Source of the DNA: an uncultured Methanolobus sp.
GTDB lineage: Archaea > Halobacteriota > Methanosarcinia > Methanosarcinales > Methanosarcinaceae
Length of the DNA: 64,000 nt
Direction of reading: 5' to 3'
NCBI GenBank assembly: GCA_963675495.1
Contig: OY776215.1
Location: 1,472,001-1,536,000 of the forward strand
A program made the position numbers and the translations under genes. This document shows, piece after piece, positions 8,532-22,592 of the stretch. The number at the start of each line of letters is the position of its first letter. Positions within the stretch are counted from its first letter, which is position 1. The notes beneath the pieces are model-generated. The model did no database searches. It saw nothing but the letters and a program-made list of their open reading frames with translations, and had not been told where the DNA came from.

Positions 8532-9707
8532 TCACTTCGTCCTGAAGATAGCCCTGTACGAAAGTATTGAAGAGGGATTGTTTTTCAGTATCATCTTTGA
8601 CACCTGCAATGCCTGATTAAAAGGACTACCTCCAAGTACCTTCAAGTCCTCTCCTTCAAAGACCTTCATCATTTCGTCGATCTCCTTGTCGGTCATTTTC
8701 CTGAGAGTCTCCATGGCAAATCTTCCAAGGTAGTACTCTGTCCTGTATTCAGCATTCCATTTTCTTCTGTATTCAGAAAGGAAGCTCTTTGAAGTATCGC
8801 CTTTTGCAATTGCATCAGCTGCAACATCACCGCACATCTGCCCTGCATGCATACCATACCCGATGCCCGACTGGGCAGCAGAACCACCCACCACCATTAC
8901 ACCATCAGTGACTATATCACCGGGAATTGCAACAATTGGGTCACCACCTACAGATTTGCTGATTATCTTTACTTCATCAAGACCCTTTAATTCCTTGAAC
9001 TTTGCAAGCCAGTCATCAAAGAAATCAGAGACATCACGTCCGTGCCTTCGGACATACATTCCAAGGGTCGCCCTGTTACCACCACATGGTGAATAGGTGG
9101 ATTTCCACCCAGGAGCATGATTACCAACATAGTATTCGAACAGGTCTGGTTCACCAATGCCTTCTGCTTCGATCTCTGCTTCAAGGGACCAGGCTATGTC
9201 CTGTGGATATTTGATAGGTTTCATTCCAAGAAGGGCACTTATCCGTGAGTTTATCCCATCTGAAACAATAACGAGTTTGCACTTGATCTTACCCTTTGAT
9301 GTGCTTACTACAAATCCCCCATCAGCCCTTAGAACATTAAGTACCTCAATTCCGAAGCGAACATCTGCACCTGCTTCCTCAGCCTGATGAATGTAGAATT
9401 CATCGAATTTCTTACGGTCAAGGAAGTAAGCATCACCTTCAAAGATGACATTCTTACCAGAAGGTGATATTATGTAGGCACCTTTCAGGTTTTTGATGAC
9501 ATAACTCTGGTCTACTTCTTCACCTGTGCGGTCAAACATTCCTTTGAAAAATGTGTTTGCCGGATGAGGAGGTACACCTACTGCTTCCTTTTTATCGAGA
9601 AGGATAACTTTACAGCCTTTGGCTGATGCATTCCTTGCTGCCATGACTCCGGCAGGGGAAGCCCCTATTACAATGATATCTGCATCCATTTTGAACCTCT
9701 GGAACAA
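8532..9707 (-). CDS. Geranylgeranyl reductase-family flavoprotein (atypical)
   Basis: DIIVIGASPAG FAD loop, LDRKKFD, VSDGINS; motifs diverge from canonical DGGGPL reductase. Confidence 0.8.
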   Translation of the reverse strand: MFQRFKMDADIIVIGASPAGVMAARNASAKGCKVILLDKKEAVGVPPHPANTFFKGMFDRTGEEVDQSYVIKNLKGAYIISPSGKNVIFEGDAYFLDRKKFDEFYIHQAEEAGADVRFGIEVLNVLRADGGFVVSTSKGKIKCKLVIVSDGINSRISALLGMKPIKYPQDIAWSLEAEIEAEGIGEPDLFEYYVGNHAPGWKSTYSPCGGNRATLGMYVRRHGRDVSDFFDDWLAKFKELKGLDEVKIISKSVGGDPIVAIPGDIVTDGVMVVGGSAAQSGIGYGMHAGQMCGDVAADAIAKGDTSKSFLSEYRRKWNAEYRTEYYLGRFAMETLRKMTDKEIDEMMKVFEGEDLKVLGGSPFNQALQVSKMILKNNPSSILSYRAIFRTK

Positions 9708-9714
9708 CTAATTA

Positions 9715-10674
9715 TTACCATAATATACCGGAATATGCCGGAACAAGTATGCAAAGTATTACATCAAGTATAAGAGAACCAAACATGATACCCCTGTATC
9801 TGGAGCCCTGGAGAAACAGCCTGCCTCCACGCTCTTGTGTAGGGTTCTTAATAAAATCAAATGACTGTGTGAGCATCCACCCACCTGCAAGCAGTGCGCC
9901 TGCAAAATATATAGGTCCGATCTTTGCTGTAAGTCCGATGGCAATTGACGCTATGACACCTACAACCCACATTAGAGTTACGAACTTTGAGGTTGCAGGA
10001 ACACCAAAAGTAACCGGAAATGTCGGAGCACCCCGGGCCCTGTCGCCCTCTACATCCCTGGCAACACCAGAAAGAGTGAAACCCCAATCGGTGAAACACA
10101 TCATCAAGCCAAGGAATATAGCAGGAAGAGGGAGTATGGATCCATAATCGGGGCTCTTTAGAATACCGGCTGGATCAAACGCCAGCCAGATACCTATAGG
10201 CACGAGCCCGTAAGCTATCCCCACAGGCACAAAACTAAGAAATGTCATTCTTTTTGCAAGTTTTGAGTATACACTTATAGTAACGACTGCTATCACCAAA
10301 ACCACAAATGATTCAGGATTCAGGTAGAGGGCTGCTATGCTTGCAATTAAGAACAGCACACCTGCATACTTCATAGCTTGCTTACGGCTGAGTTTATTAG
10401 ATACAAGAGGACGATTCGGAAGGTTGATCGTGTCTATATCAACATCACAACAATCATTGTACACATAGGAACTTGTGATTGCGGCATAACCTCCTATAAC
10501 AGCTATAATAAAGAGCATTAGTTCCGGAAACGCACCTGTTGCAAGATAAGAAGCAAGTAAAGCACTTGCAGCAGGGAGGGCAAAATCCATGTCCGCTATT
10601 TCCGGCCTTAACATTTCAAGATAAGGATTTCGTGTTTTAGAGCCTGAAGTCGAAACCAAGTATATCATCACCAA
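9715..10674 (-). CDS. UbiA-family prenyltransferase
   Basis: NDCCDVDIDTINLPNRP and RDVEGDRARG Asp-rich motifs; multiple TM segments; true start may lie ~15 nt downstream. Confidence 0.9.
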   Translation of the reverse strand: MVMIYLVSTSGSKTRNPYLEMLRPEIADMDFALPAASALLASYLATGAFPELMLFIIAVIGGYAAITSSYVYNDCCDVDIDTINLPNRPLVSNKLSRKQAMKYAGVLFLIASIAALYLNPESFVVLVIAVVTISVYSKLAKRMTFLSFVPVGIAYGLVPIGIWLAFDPAGILKSPDYGSILPLPAIFLGLMMCFTDWGFTLSGVARDVEGDRARGAPTFPVTFGVPATSKFVTLMWVVGVIASIAIGLTAKIGPIYFAGALLAGGWMLTQSFDFIKNPTQERGGRLFLQGSRYRGIMFGSLILDVILCILVPAYSGILW

Positions 10675-10824
10675 TAGATTATAGGTTCTAATCTTCGGTA
10701 TTGTATATTAGTATTAGGGTAGTGTGGATTAAAAAATAGGATTGTGCTTAAGAGGAAAAATGGCAAATATCTGAATATCCACAGCATAAATTAAAGATAT
10801 TCAGATGTGTTCTCAAAATAGAGA

Positions 10825-12294
10825 TTACTCACTCTTCGGAGGAACAATTGTAAAGTTATCAAATTCTGCAAGTTTCTCCACCAGAGGATGATCGAACCTG
10901 TCATTCATAAGGAAAGTGAAGGTTGCCTTAGGGTTCAGTTCCACAAGCTTGATGGTATTCTGATAGGCAGTTTCAAGTGATTCATAGTCAGGGGTCCTTA
11001 CAACTTCTGCGTTAAGCGGATAGACCTCTGCAAGCTCCTGCGGATAAGAACCGAATGGTGGTTTGAACATCATGACATTGTCATAGTCACTGTCCTTCTT
11101 TGTTGGGTATGCCCTTATGAGCACAGAACCTTCTATGGTAAGTCTTTCAAGCTGCTTGCCAAAACGCAGAACTTCAGGACGCCTGGCAGACTCCGGACCA
11201 CAGTAGAATAGTGTGGATTTGGTTGAAGGGTCACATTCTTCCAGCCACGAGGAATAAGTGTACATCTGCTTAAGTGCTTCAAGCATTCTTGGATGAGCCC
11301 TGCACCTCTGCTCCACAAGTTCAAGGAGGTTGCCTTCCCATATGGCTTGCTTGACCTCGCGTACCTCTTCAAAAGTTACGTAAAGATTGTGTCTTGCAAG
11401 AAGTTCAGTACAGTTGTGAGCCTTTTTCAGGTCTTCCGCGCTGTGAGCTATACATACAGGACATGAACATGGCAGATACTTGAGCTGGTCTACATGATAG
11501 GTTCCTCTGGAAGTGATGTAACGCCTGTCCTTTGCATACAGGGCATACGCTGCTGAATCAAACAGGTCACATCCAAGAGCAACAGCAAGTGCGAACATCA
11601 TCGGATGTCCTGCACCAAACAGGTGGACAGGTGCTGTTGGGTCAAGTCCTTTCTTGGCTGAAGCAATTACATCAACAAGATCAGAATAACGGTAAGATTC
11701 CATCAGCGGGACCACAGCTCCAAATGGATAGACATCAAAGCCTACTTCTGAAAGTTCCCGGGCACACTCTTCACGGAGATCCTTGTAAATAGCACCCTGC
11801 ACCGGACCTGCCAGGAGCATATCACCTTTTACGAGTTCCCTTGCCTCCTTGAGACGCTGTATTGTGATATCCATATCTTCCTTTGCCTTTTCATAAGACA
11901 CATCAGGGTGTGTGGGAATATCCAGAGGAACGCCAATGTCAGTTCCGATCTTCTGCTGGAAATCGATTATCATCTCATTTGTGACCTCGACCTCACCATA
12001 AACTGACAACTGAAATGAGCCGGAGTCGGTCATTAGAGGACCATCAAAGTCAAGCAATGCGTGCAAACCGTCTTTCAATGCTTTTTCCCTTAATTCGTCC
12101 TTACGGTAAATGATGTATGAATTCGTGATAAGTATCTCAGCACCGAACTCCCTCATTTCAGAGGGTTTTACTGTCTGGATATTAGGATTGATAACAGGCA
12201 TTACAGTAGGGGTTTCAACCACTCCGTGTGGAGTTGTGAGCTTACCGATACGCCCTGCTGCATCCTTATGGATAATATCAAATTTTGATGACAT
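10825..12294 (-). CDS. tgtA: Archaeosine tRNA-guanine(15) transglycosylase (no C-terminal PUA domain)
   Basis: ETPTVMPVINP, TDSGSFQL, HLFGAGHP, DLFDSAAY, CSCPVC zinc site. Confidence 0.93.
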   Translation of the reverse strand: MSSKFDIIHKDAAGRIGKLTTPHGVVETPTVMPVINPNIQTVKPSEMREFGAEILITNSYIIYRKDELREKALKDGLHALLDFDGPLMTDSGSFQLSVYGEVEVTNEMIIDFQQKIGTDIGVPLDIPTHPDVSYEKAKEDMDITIQRLKEARELVKGDMLLAGPVQGAIYKDLREECARELSEVGFDVYPFGAVVPLMESYRYSDLVDVIASAKKGLDPTAPVHLFGAGHPMMFALAVALGCDLFDSAAYALYAKDRRYITSRGTYHVDQLKYLPCSCPVCIAHSAEDLKKAHNCTELLARHNLYVTFEEVREVKQAIWEGNLLELVEQRCRAHPRMLEALKQMYTYSSWLEECDPSTKSTLFYCGPESARRPEVLRFGKQLERLTIEGSVLIRAYPTKKDSDYDNVMMFKPPFGSYPQELAEVYPLNAEVVRTPDYESLETAYQNTIKLVELNPKATFTFLMNDRFDHPLVEKLAEFDNFTIVPPKSE

Positions 12295-12409
12295 GAGCTT
12301 TTAGATGATAGTTAAGATATATTTAAGCTTCCTTTCAAGAGCTTAAACTATGAATAGACATTTCCAAAATGAATAGAAGTCTCCGGGATATTCCATGATA
12401 TAATTTATA

Positions 12410-13891
12410 ATGCAGCAACCATCATTATATATTATGTACGAACTGCACACGCCTGTTAATCACAAAGCTGTAGTTAAGTACATCGGATATTATCTAATAG
12501 CTTTTACATTTGTATTGGTTGTTCCAACAATTGCTGCGCTGATACTTGGAAATGTAGCAGCGGCCATCGACTATGGAAGCACTGCTGTTGCGGTGTTCAT
12601 CATAGGCTCTATGATATATCGAGCTCTTCCGGACTATGAGCTTGAAACAAAGGAAGCGCTCATCATCGTTGCACTGGTTTTCCCAATATCTGCACTCCTT
12701 AGTGCAATCCCAATGTCACTTACAACAGGAATGCCTTTTATCGATGCTTATTTTGAAAGTGTGTCAGCTGTTACGACAACAGGGCTGAGCGTTGCACCGG
12801 CAGATGTCGGACCAGTGTTCCTTTTTGCACGTTCCTGGGGGCAGTGGGTAGGAGGGATAGGAATAATACTTGTGGTGCTCTCAGTCCTGATAAGACCGGG
12901 AACTACTGCATCAAGGATATACAAGGCAAACTATGGAGATATGAAGATAAAACCAACTGTTATATCCACTACCAGAACACTTGGAAAAGTCTACATCATA
13001 ATAACATTAATCTCCATGCTGCTGCTTCTGATGAGTGGTATGTCTCTATTCGATTCTATATGCCATGCTTTCTGTTGTGTATCTACAGGCGGATTCTCAA
13101 CACGTGCTGAAAGTATAGGAGCATATCAGGGAAGCCTGATACCCACTGCAATAAGTATATCGTGCCTTCTGGGAGCAGTCAGTTTTGTACTTTACCCACA
13201 TCTGTTCAAGAAACCTGAAAAGTTTTTCAGGAACCTGGAACTTAAATATTTTCTGAGCCTGGCAGCCATAGGAGCAATATTATTTGCTTTTACGCTTTCA
13301 AGAAACAATATTGATTACAAGCCTATTCAGGACAATCTTTTCCATATAATCTCAGCTCTCACTACTGCAGGATTTTCTACAATAGACCTTTCCATTATAT
13401 CTGATGCTTCAAGAGCCGTGTTGATATTTATGATGTGGATAGGAGGTAATATGGGATCTACAGCAGGCGGTATTAAAGTATTCAGAATACTGTTGCTCAT
13501 TAAAGTGGGCCATAATGTATTGTTGCGATTGTTCCTCCCAAGAGAGACCATTACACCGATAAAGATAGAGGACCACATTATAGAGAGTGATGAGATATAC
13601 AATCTTGTGACCTTTATGCTGCTTTACACATTAATACTGGTTGCATCATCTTTCGTTTTTATGACCTATGGAGTTGACACTAACAGTTCTGTTTTTGAAG
13701 TATCAAGTGCCTTAAGTACTGTGGGGCTTTCCGCAGGAGTGACAAGTGCTGCAATGCCTGTGGGTCTTAAGTTAGTACTGATAATTGACATGTTATTTGG
13801 AAGGATAGAGATAATACCATTGATATTGCTTTTCATGCCTGGAACATGGATCAAAAGAAAAAGAACCAATAGAAGGAATGTGAAAATATGA
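12410..13891 (+). CDS. trkH: TrkH potassium uptake membrane subunit
   Basis: Four pore loops TTTG/STGG/TTAG/STVG; GSTAGGIK; GRIE. Confidence 0.92.
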   Translation: MQQPSLYIMYELHTPVNHKAVVKYIGYYLIAFTFVLVVPTIAALILGNVAAAIDYGSTAVAVFIIGSMIYRALPDYELETKEALIIVALVFPISALLSAIPMSLTTGMPFIDAYFESVSAVTTTGLSVAPADVGPVFLFARSWGQWVGGIGIILVVLSVLIRPGTTASRIYKANYGDMKIKPTVISTTRTLGKVYIIITLISMLLLLMSGMSLFDSICHAFCCVSTGGFSTRAESIGAYQGSLIPTAISISCLLGAVSFVLYPHLFKKPEKFFRNLELKYFLSLAAIGAILFAFTLSRNNIDYKPIQDNLFHIISALTTAGFSTIDLSIISDASRAVLIFMMWIGGNMGSTAGGIKVFRILLLIKVGHNVLLRLFLPRETITPIKIEDHIIESDEIYNLVTFMLLYTLILVASSFVFMTYGVDTNSSVFEVSSALSTVGLSAGVTSAAMPVGLKLVLIIDMLFGRIEIIPLILLFMPGTWIKRKRTNRRNVKI

Positions 13892-14547
13892 GAGTAATTG
13901 TAGTCGGGGCCGGTTCACTTGGAATAAATCTCACGAAGAATATGATCCAGCAGGGTAAAGAGGTCATACTGATAGAGAAAGATGAATCAGTAGCCAAAGA
14001 ACTGGCAGAGACCCTGGATTGTACGGTCATAAATGCCGAAGGCACAAGACCGGATATCCTTGAAAAAGCCGATCTAGTCAATGCAGATGCAATTGTTGCC
14101 TGCACGAGCAACGATCAGAATAACATCCTCATAGGGTTAATAGCCAGAGATGCAAAAGTTGAAAAAGTAATCCTCATGATAGATGACAAACAATTCATGG
14201 ATGTTGCAAATAAGCTTGGTTTCTATTATATGATCAACCCATCCAGCATCTCTTCCAGATATATATCGGATGTTCTTAGAGGAATAAATACGATCGAACT
14301 CAGCAACCTGGTCCGCTATGATGTGCGTTTTATGGGCGTCATGGCTACAGATAAAATAATTGATATGAAAATGTCTGAGATCTCGTTGCCTGATGGGAGT
14401 GCATTCATTGGTGTATATCGTAAAGATGAATTCATTCTCGCAGAAAAAGATCCAAAATTACATGAAAAGGATGAACTGATTCTCGTCACCAGAGCGGATC
14501 AGATTCAAAATATAAATGAAGTATTGGGCAGAAATATGAAAGAATAG
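13888..14547 (+). CDS. trkA: TrkA potassium uptake RCK subunit
   Basis: VVGAGSLG NAD-binding; ATGA overlap with trkH. Confidence 0.9.
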   Translation: MRVIVVGAGSLGINLTKNMIQQGKEVILIEKDESVAKELAETLDCTVINAEGTRPDILEKADLVNADAIVACTSNDQNNILIGLIARDAKVEKVILMIDDKQFMDVANKLGFYYMINPSSISSRYISDVLRGINTIELSNLVRYDVRFMGVMATDKIIDMKMSEISLPDGSAFIGVYRKDEFILAEKDPKLHEKDELILVTRADQIQNINEVLGRNMKE

Positions 14548-14618
14548 AAAGTGTGAGATGTTTAGAGCATGTCATAACTTTCTTAATTATAGAGTAATCC
14601 TTCCAGTTGTAACAACGT

Positions 14619-15758
14619 CTAGTTATCTGAAACGTTCATTAAAGCCGCAAGTTCTAGGCCTTCACTACCAATGTCAGATAGCTGTTTGAACACCTCTGCT
14701 CTTGAGATGTATTTTTCTGTTCTTGTTTCGTCCGGTCGTTCTATTTTTATGGTGATCTCTTCCTTATTATAACCCTTATCGATACATTCTTTGATCAAAT
14801 CACCATAGTCTGCAGCGATTATTTTGAGACAATCGAATACCATGTTGCCATCTATTGCATCTTTTCCATCTATGAGCACGCGTGTGAGCACACGGGATTG
14901 AACAGCTACAGAAAAATACTGTTTCATTTTTTTCACCAGGAGTTGAATTTCTTCCTCTTCGAGGGATTCTGCTAGTACCTCATCAATAGTTATGTCATGA
15001 TCATTGTGGAATATCATAAAGGTGTTCTCATCAGCTATTATCTTGAATACATGATCAGAGTCATCATCTTTGAGAACTGCTTCGATGTGCTCATCCCCAT
15101 CATATTCCATTGATACGATATAATGGTCAGACAGGTCTATTTTTTTCACCTTATCTTCACGATGCAGTAAACCACCTGGTACCCACACCGGTAGCATTAA
15201 TTTTTTATAAATATCGTCTATTTTAAGTTCTTTGCTATTGAACTTTAGTTCAAACCAATACTCCATGTTTTCAGCAGAACAAATCTGCTTACCGCTGATA
15301 ATCTCATTTTCTTGTAAAAATGAATAGGTATCTATCGAATTATAGATAGATTCTTCAAAAAATGGATTAAGAAGAGATATTATCTTAGAGTTAAGTTGAT
15401 CTAGTTCAAAATCAGCAGTTTTCACATTCTCTTCGAGTTGCTTGCCTAAATCAATTCGTTTTTTGGAAGAAACGGAGACCATTGCTGCACTAATTTCATC
15501 CTTCATGTCTGTGATACCCAAAGATTCAATATTTGTAGCCAGATTCTGAACTGCCGCTGCAATACCTGTTTCAAATTCGTCTATACCCTTAATTTGAGAC
15601 TCAGTTGAAATGGTGTTCTTTTTCTTTTTTTCATTAAGTAGCCGTGCTGCTTTTTCAATAGGAATTGTTTCCTGCGATAATTTGATGAAATCCTGCAGGT
15701 CTTTAATAAAATCTCGCTGCACTGGCAATTCTGTTGAATCCTGAAATGTATATTTCAT
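14619..15758 (-). CDS. Hypothetical acidic protein
   Basis: 379-aa ORF with own start region; no motif recognised. Confidence 0.75.
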   Translation of the reverse strand: MKYTFQDSTELPVQRDFIKDLQDFIKLSQETIPIEKAARLLNEKKKKNTISTESQIKGIDEFETGIAAAVQNLATNIESLGITDMKDEISAAMVSVSSKKRIDLGKQLEENVKTADFELDQLNSKIISLLNPFFEESIYNSIDTYSFLQENEIISGKQICSAENMEYWFELKFNSKELKIDDIYKKLMLPVWVPGGLLHREDKVKKIDLSDHYIVSMEYDGDEHIEAVLKDDDSDHVFKIIADENTFMIFHNDHDITIDEVLAESLEEEEIQLLVKKMKQYFSVAVQSRVLTRVLIDGKDAIDGNMVFDCLKIIAADYGDLIKECIDKGYNKEEITIKIERPDETRTEKYISRAEVFKQLSDIGSEGLELAALMNVSDN

Positions 15759-16020
15759 TCAATAAACCCCGTCCTAGTATGTTGTTTACGAATAAATACT
15801 ATTGTAATAAAAAGCTACAACCTGAATCATTTGAAAATACGAAAAATAAGGAAAGCATATTCAGCCAATGTCAGAATCAATAAGAATTATCGTCACAAGC
15901 ATGCATACTCAAAACAATATTAGTTTAGATAACAAAAATCAATAATACCATAAAAAAAAATAGATTAGTTCAAGTTAAAATCATTGTAGAAAAAGAAAGC
16001 TAATAGTTAGTGTTGAGTGA

Positions 16021-16141
16021 GTTGGCAGCGATCCAGAGTTCCCGAAGACTCTCATACTTCAGTACAGTAAGGAACGCTGGCAGGCTTATCTTCTGTGTTC
16101 GGGATGGGTACAGGAATTGCCCCGCCGCTATGGCCGCCAAT
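16021..16141 (-). rRNA. rrf: 5S rRNA
   Basis: TTGGCGGCCATAGCGGCGGGG...CCCATCCCGAACACAGAAGATAAGCC...GCTGCCAAC; ends approximate. Confidence 0.95.
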
Positions 16142-16169
16142 CTCTCTCATGATGAATTGTAAATGGTAA

Positions 16170-16241
16170 AGCCAAGGTCCGGATTCGAACCGGAATGGAA
16201 TCGCTCTGCAGGCGATTGCGTAGCCGCTCCGCCACCTTGGC
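16170..16241 (-). tRNA. tRNA-Cys (GCA)
   Basis: GCCAAGG acceptor stem, AATCGC-CT-GCA-GA-GCGATT anticodon arm, GGTTCGAATCC, U discriminator. Confidence 0.96.
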
Positions 16242-16304
16242 AATGAGCGATTCATGATTGAATCCATTGAATTTATACTTTACCATAAGATTGCGTATAT
16301 TAAA

Positions 16305-16336
16305 CATGCACATATCAGATTTCGCCTGGACAAAGC
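16305..16336 (-). other. 3' strand of the 23S processing stem with bulge-helix-bulge (pairs with 19272-19303)
   Basis: Minus strand CTTTGTCCA-GGCG-AAA-TCTGA pairs with TCAGA-CGCT-CAC-TGGACAAAG. Confidence 0.8.
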
Positions 16337-16341
16337 AAGAC

Positions 16342-19255
<2,914 letters not shown>

Positions 19256-19387
19256 TACCAGAGTCCATCTCACTTTGTCCAGTGAGCGTCTGATATATGC
19301 ATGCATATACACGATCTCATTGCAGCTGTCGTTGCTTCAGCCACTTCATCCTTCCCCGAAGAAATTACTCTTCAGGTGCACTAATAA

Positions 19388-19460
19388 TGGACTTGTTGGG
19401 ATTCGAACCCAAGGCCTCCGCCTTGCAAAGGCGGCGATCTTCCAACTGATCTACAAGCCC
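19388..19460 (-). tRNA. tRNA-Ala (TGC), 16S-23S spacer
   Basis: GGGCTTG...CCGCC-TT-TGC-AA-GGCGG...GGTTCGAATCC...CAAGTCCA. Confidence 0.96.
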
Positions 19461-19564
19461 CTCTTGGACCCCTTTTACAGTGAATCCATGTAATTTTTCT
19501 CGGATCTGACAGTTTTTCGATTTCTGACCGGTTAGTGGTGATGGACTTTGTGTCCATCTTGCTT

Positions 19565-21039
<1,475 letters not shown>

Positions 21040-21173
21040 TGTTGATCTCACACAAAAGTTTAATGCATTTTGGAAGTCATTTAAGGAATTTTTAGGAAAG
21101 AACTCTCACTAGAGAATTTCTTTACTTTGCACATTAGTTGATTAATTCCTTATATGGTAGTATATTATACACT

Positions 21174-21204
21174 ACCGGCCAGAATTAATCGAACTGCCAA
21201 ATCC
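21174..21204 (-). other. 5' strand of the 16S processing stem with bulge-helix-bulge (pairs with 19502-19532)
   Basis: GGATTTGGCAGT-TCGA-(3-nt bulge)-TTCTGGCCGGT pairs with ACCGGTCAGAA..TCGA-AAA-ACTGTCAGATCC. Confidence 0.8.
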
Positions 21205-21299
21205 AACGTCAGACAAGAAAGAACTCTTGCCTCCACTTAATAAAAGGCGGTGATTGTAAGTGTTTTCGCGCATTCACGCGGACTCCTTCAAAGGATACC

Positions 21300-21320
21300 A
21301 TCATATATATACCTTTCGAA
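21300..21320 (-). promoter_or_regulatory. BRE/TATA promoter of the rRNA operon
   Basis: Minus strand CGAAAGG-TATATATATG upstream of the 16S leader. Confidence 0.65.
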
Positions 21321-21763
21321 CCATGAGATTCGAAGGCAAAGAAGGAACCTTTGATGAATATATGATTATCCACCACCCACTCGGATTACAACATTATATT
21401 TTAATCGTATATGGGGTTAACGGTAGATGTAATTTCACACCGATCAAACAGACAGCTTACCTAAGCAAGTATCCACCCGCATCGGAGGGATTTCATAGAT
21501 ACACACCATAAGATATAAACGTAACGTATTTAATTAATTTTGTTTTTATTTAAACTACTAGCTCACCAATTTGAAAGTATAAACCAAAACACAAGCAGAG
21601 ATACGCAAACTTTAACAATATAAGTGACATAGCAGTACTCTATTATATAAAAAGAACAAGGTGTCTGCCTGCACCCAAAATAAGAAGGACGATGCTATAA
21701 TATATCCACCTACAGGTAAAATCTAGGGACTTTAAAGAATACCTGAAAGGATAAACAGGAAAC

Positions 21764-22549
21764 ATGAAAAAAGAAGTAACCAAAAAAGTGAAGCGTATAG
21801 ACACAGATGTCGACAAACTACGCATGAAGCGCAAGGACACAGATACGCTCAAAGTAACAGACAATGTATTTGATGATCCCACCCTGAAAACTCTTTACAC
21901 CTTATCTAATAAAGGAATAATCAGGGCTCTGGGCGGCCCTATTAGCACTGGAAAAGAGGCAAATGTATTCCTTGCAGAAGGAGAAGAAAAAAACGTTGCA
22001 ATTAAAATTTATAGAATATCATCAAGCACTTTCAACTCAATGGAAGACTACATTTTAGGAGACCCACGTTTCAGGAACGTGAGACATTCCAAACGTGACA
22101 TTATTTTTGCATGGACAAAAAAAGAGCAAAGAAATCTCATACGTGCTAAAGAAGCAGGCATTCGAGTCCCCGAACCAATAATTGCTGAACGTAATGTCCT
22201 CGTAATGGAATTTATGGGAAAAGACGAAAAACCATACCCTCAGCTAAAAGACGTCCGTCTTGAAAAAGAAATGGCAAGGACAATATTTGATTCAATCGTA
22301 CATTACATAGACCTCCTGTACAACGAAGCAAATCTTGTGCATGGAGACCTGAGCGAATACAACATATTAATAATTCCAGAAACAGGCGAAACTGTGTTCA
22401 TAGATATGGGACAATCAGTAACCAGTGAACACCCCCGTTCAAGAGAATTCCTGTTAAGAGACATAGAGAACATCATACGCTACTTTAAAAAATACAGCAT
22501 CGATGAAGATTCACAACAATTATATTCATCGATCCGGAACAAAGAATAA
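21764..22549 (+). CDS. rio1: RIO1 serine/threonine kinase
   Basis: ISTGKEANVF, AIKIY, LVHGDLSEYNIL, IDMGQ. Confidence 0.93.
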   Translation: MKKEVTKKVKRIDTDVDKLRMKRKDTDTLKVTDNVFDDPTLKTLYTLSNKGIIRALGGPISTGKEANVFLAEGEEKNVAIKIYRISSSTFNSMEDYILGDPRFRNVRHSKRDIIFAWTKKEQRNLIRAKEAGIRVPEPIIAERNVLVMEFMGKDEKPYPQLKDVRLEKEMARTIFDSIVHYIDLLYNEANLVHGDLSEYNILIIPETGETVFIDMGQSVTSEHPRSREFLLRDIENIIRYFKKYSIDEDSQQLYSSIRNKE

Positions 22550-22592
22550 AAAATACGAATTATTGATTTATAATTATCAAAGGTAGATTTAT

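Noticed and set aside
8532-10674. Bacteriochlorophyll synthase/reductase (bchG/bchP) reading of the UbiA-GGR pair
   Set aside because: Methanogen host with no photosynthesis genes in view; superfamily-level similarity only
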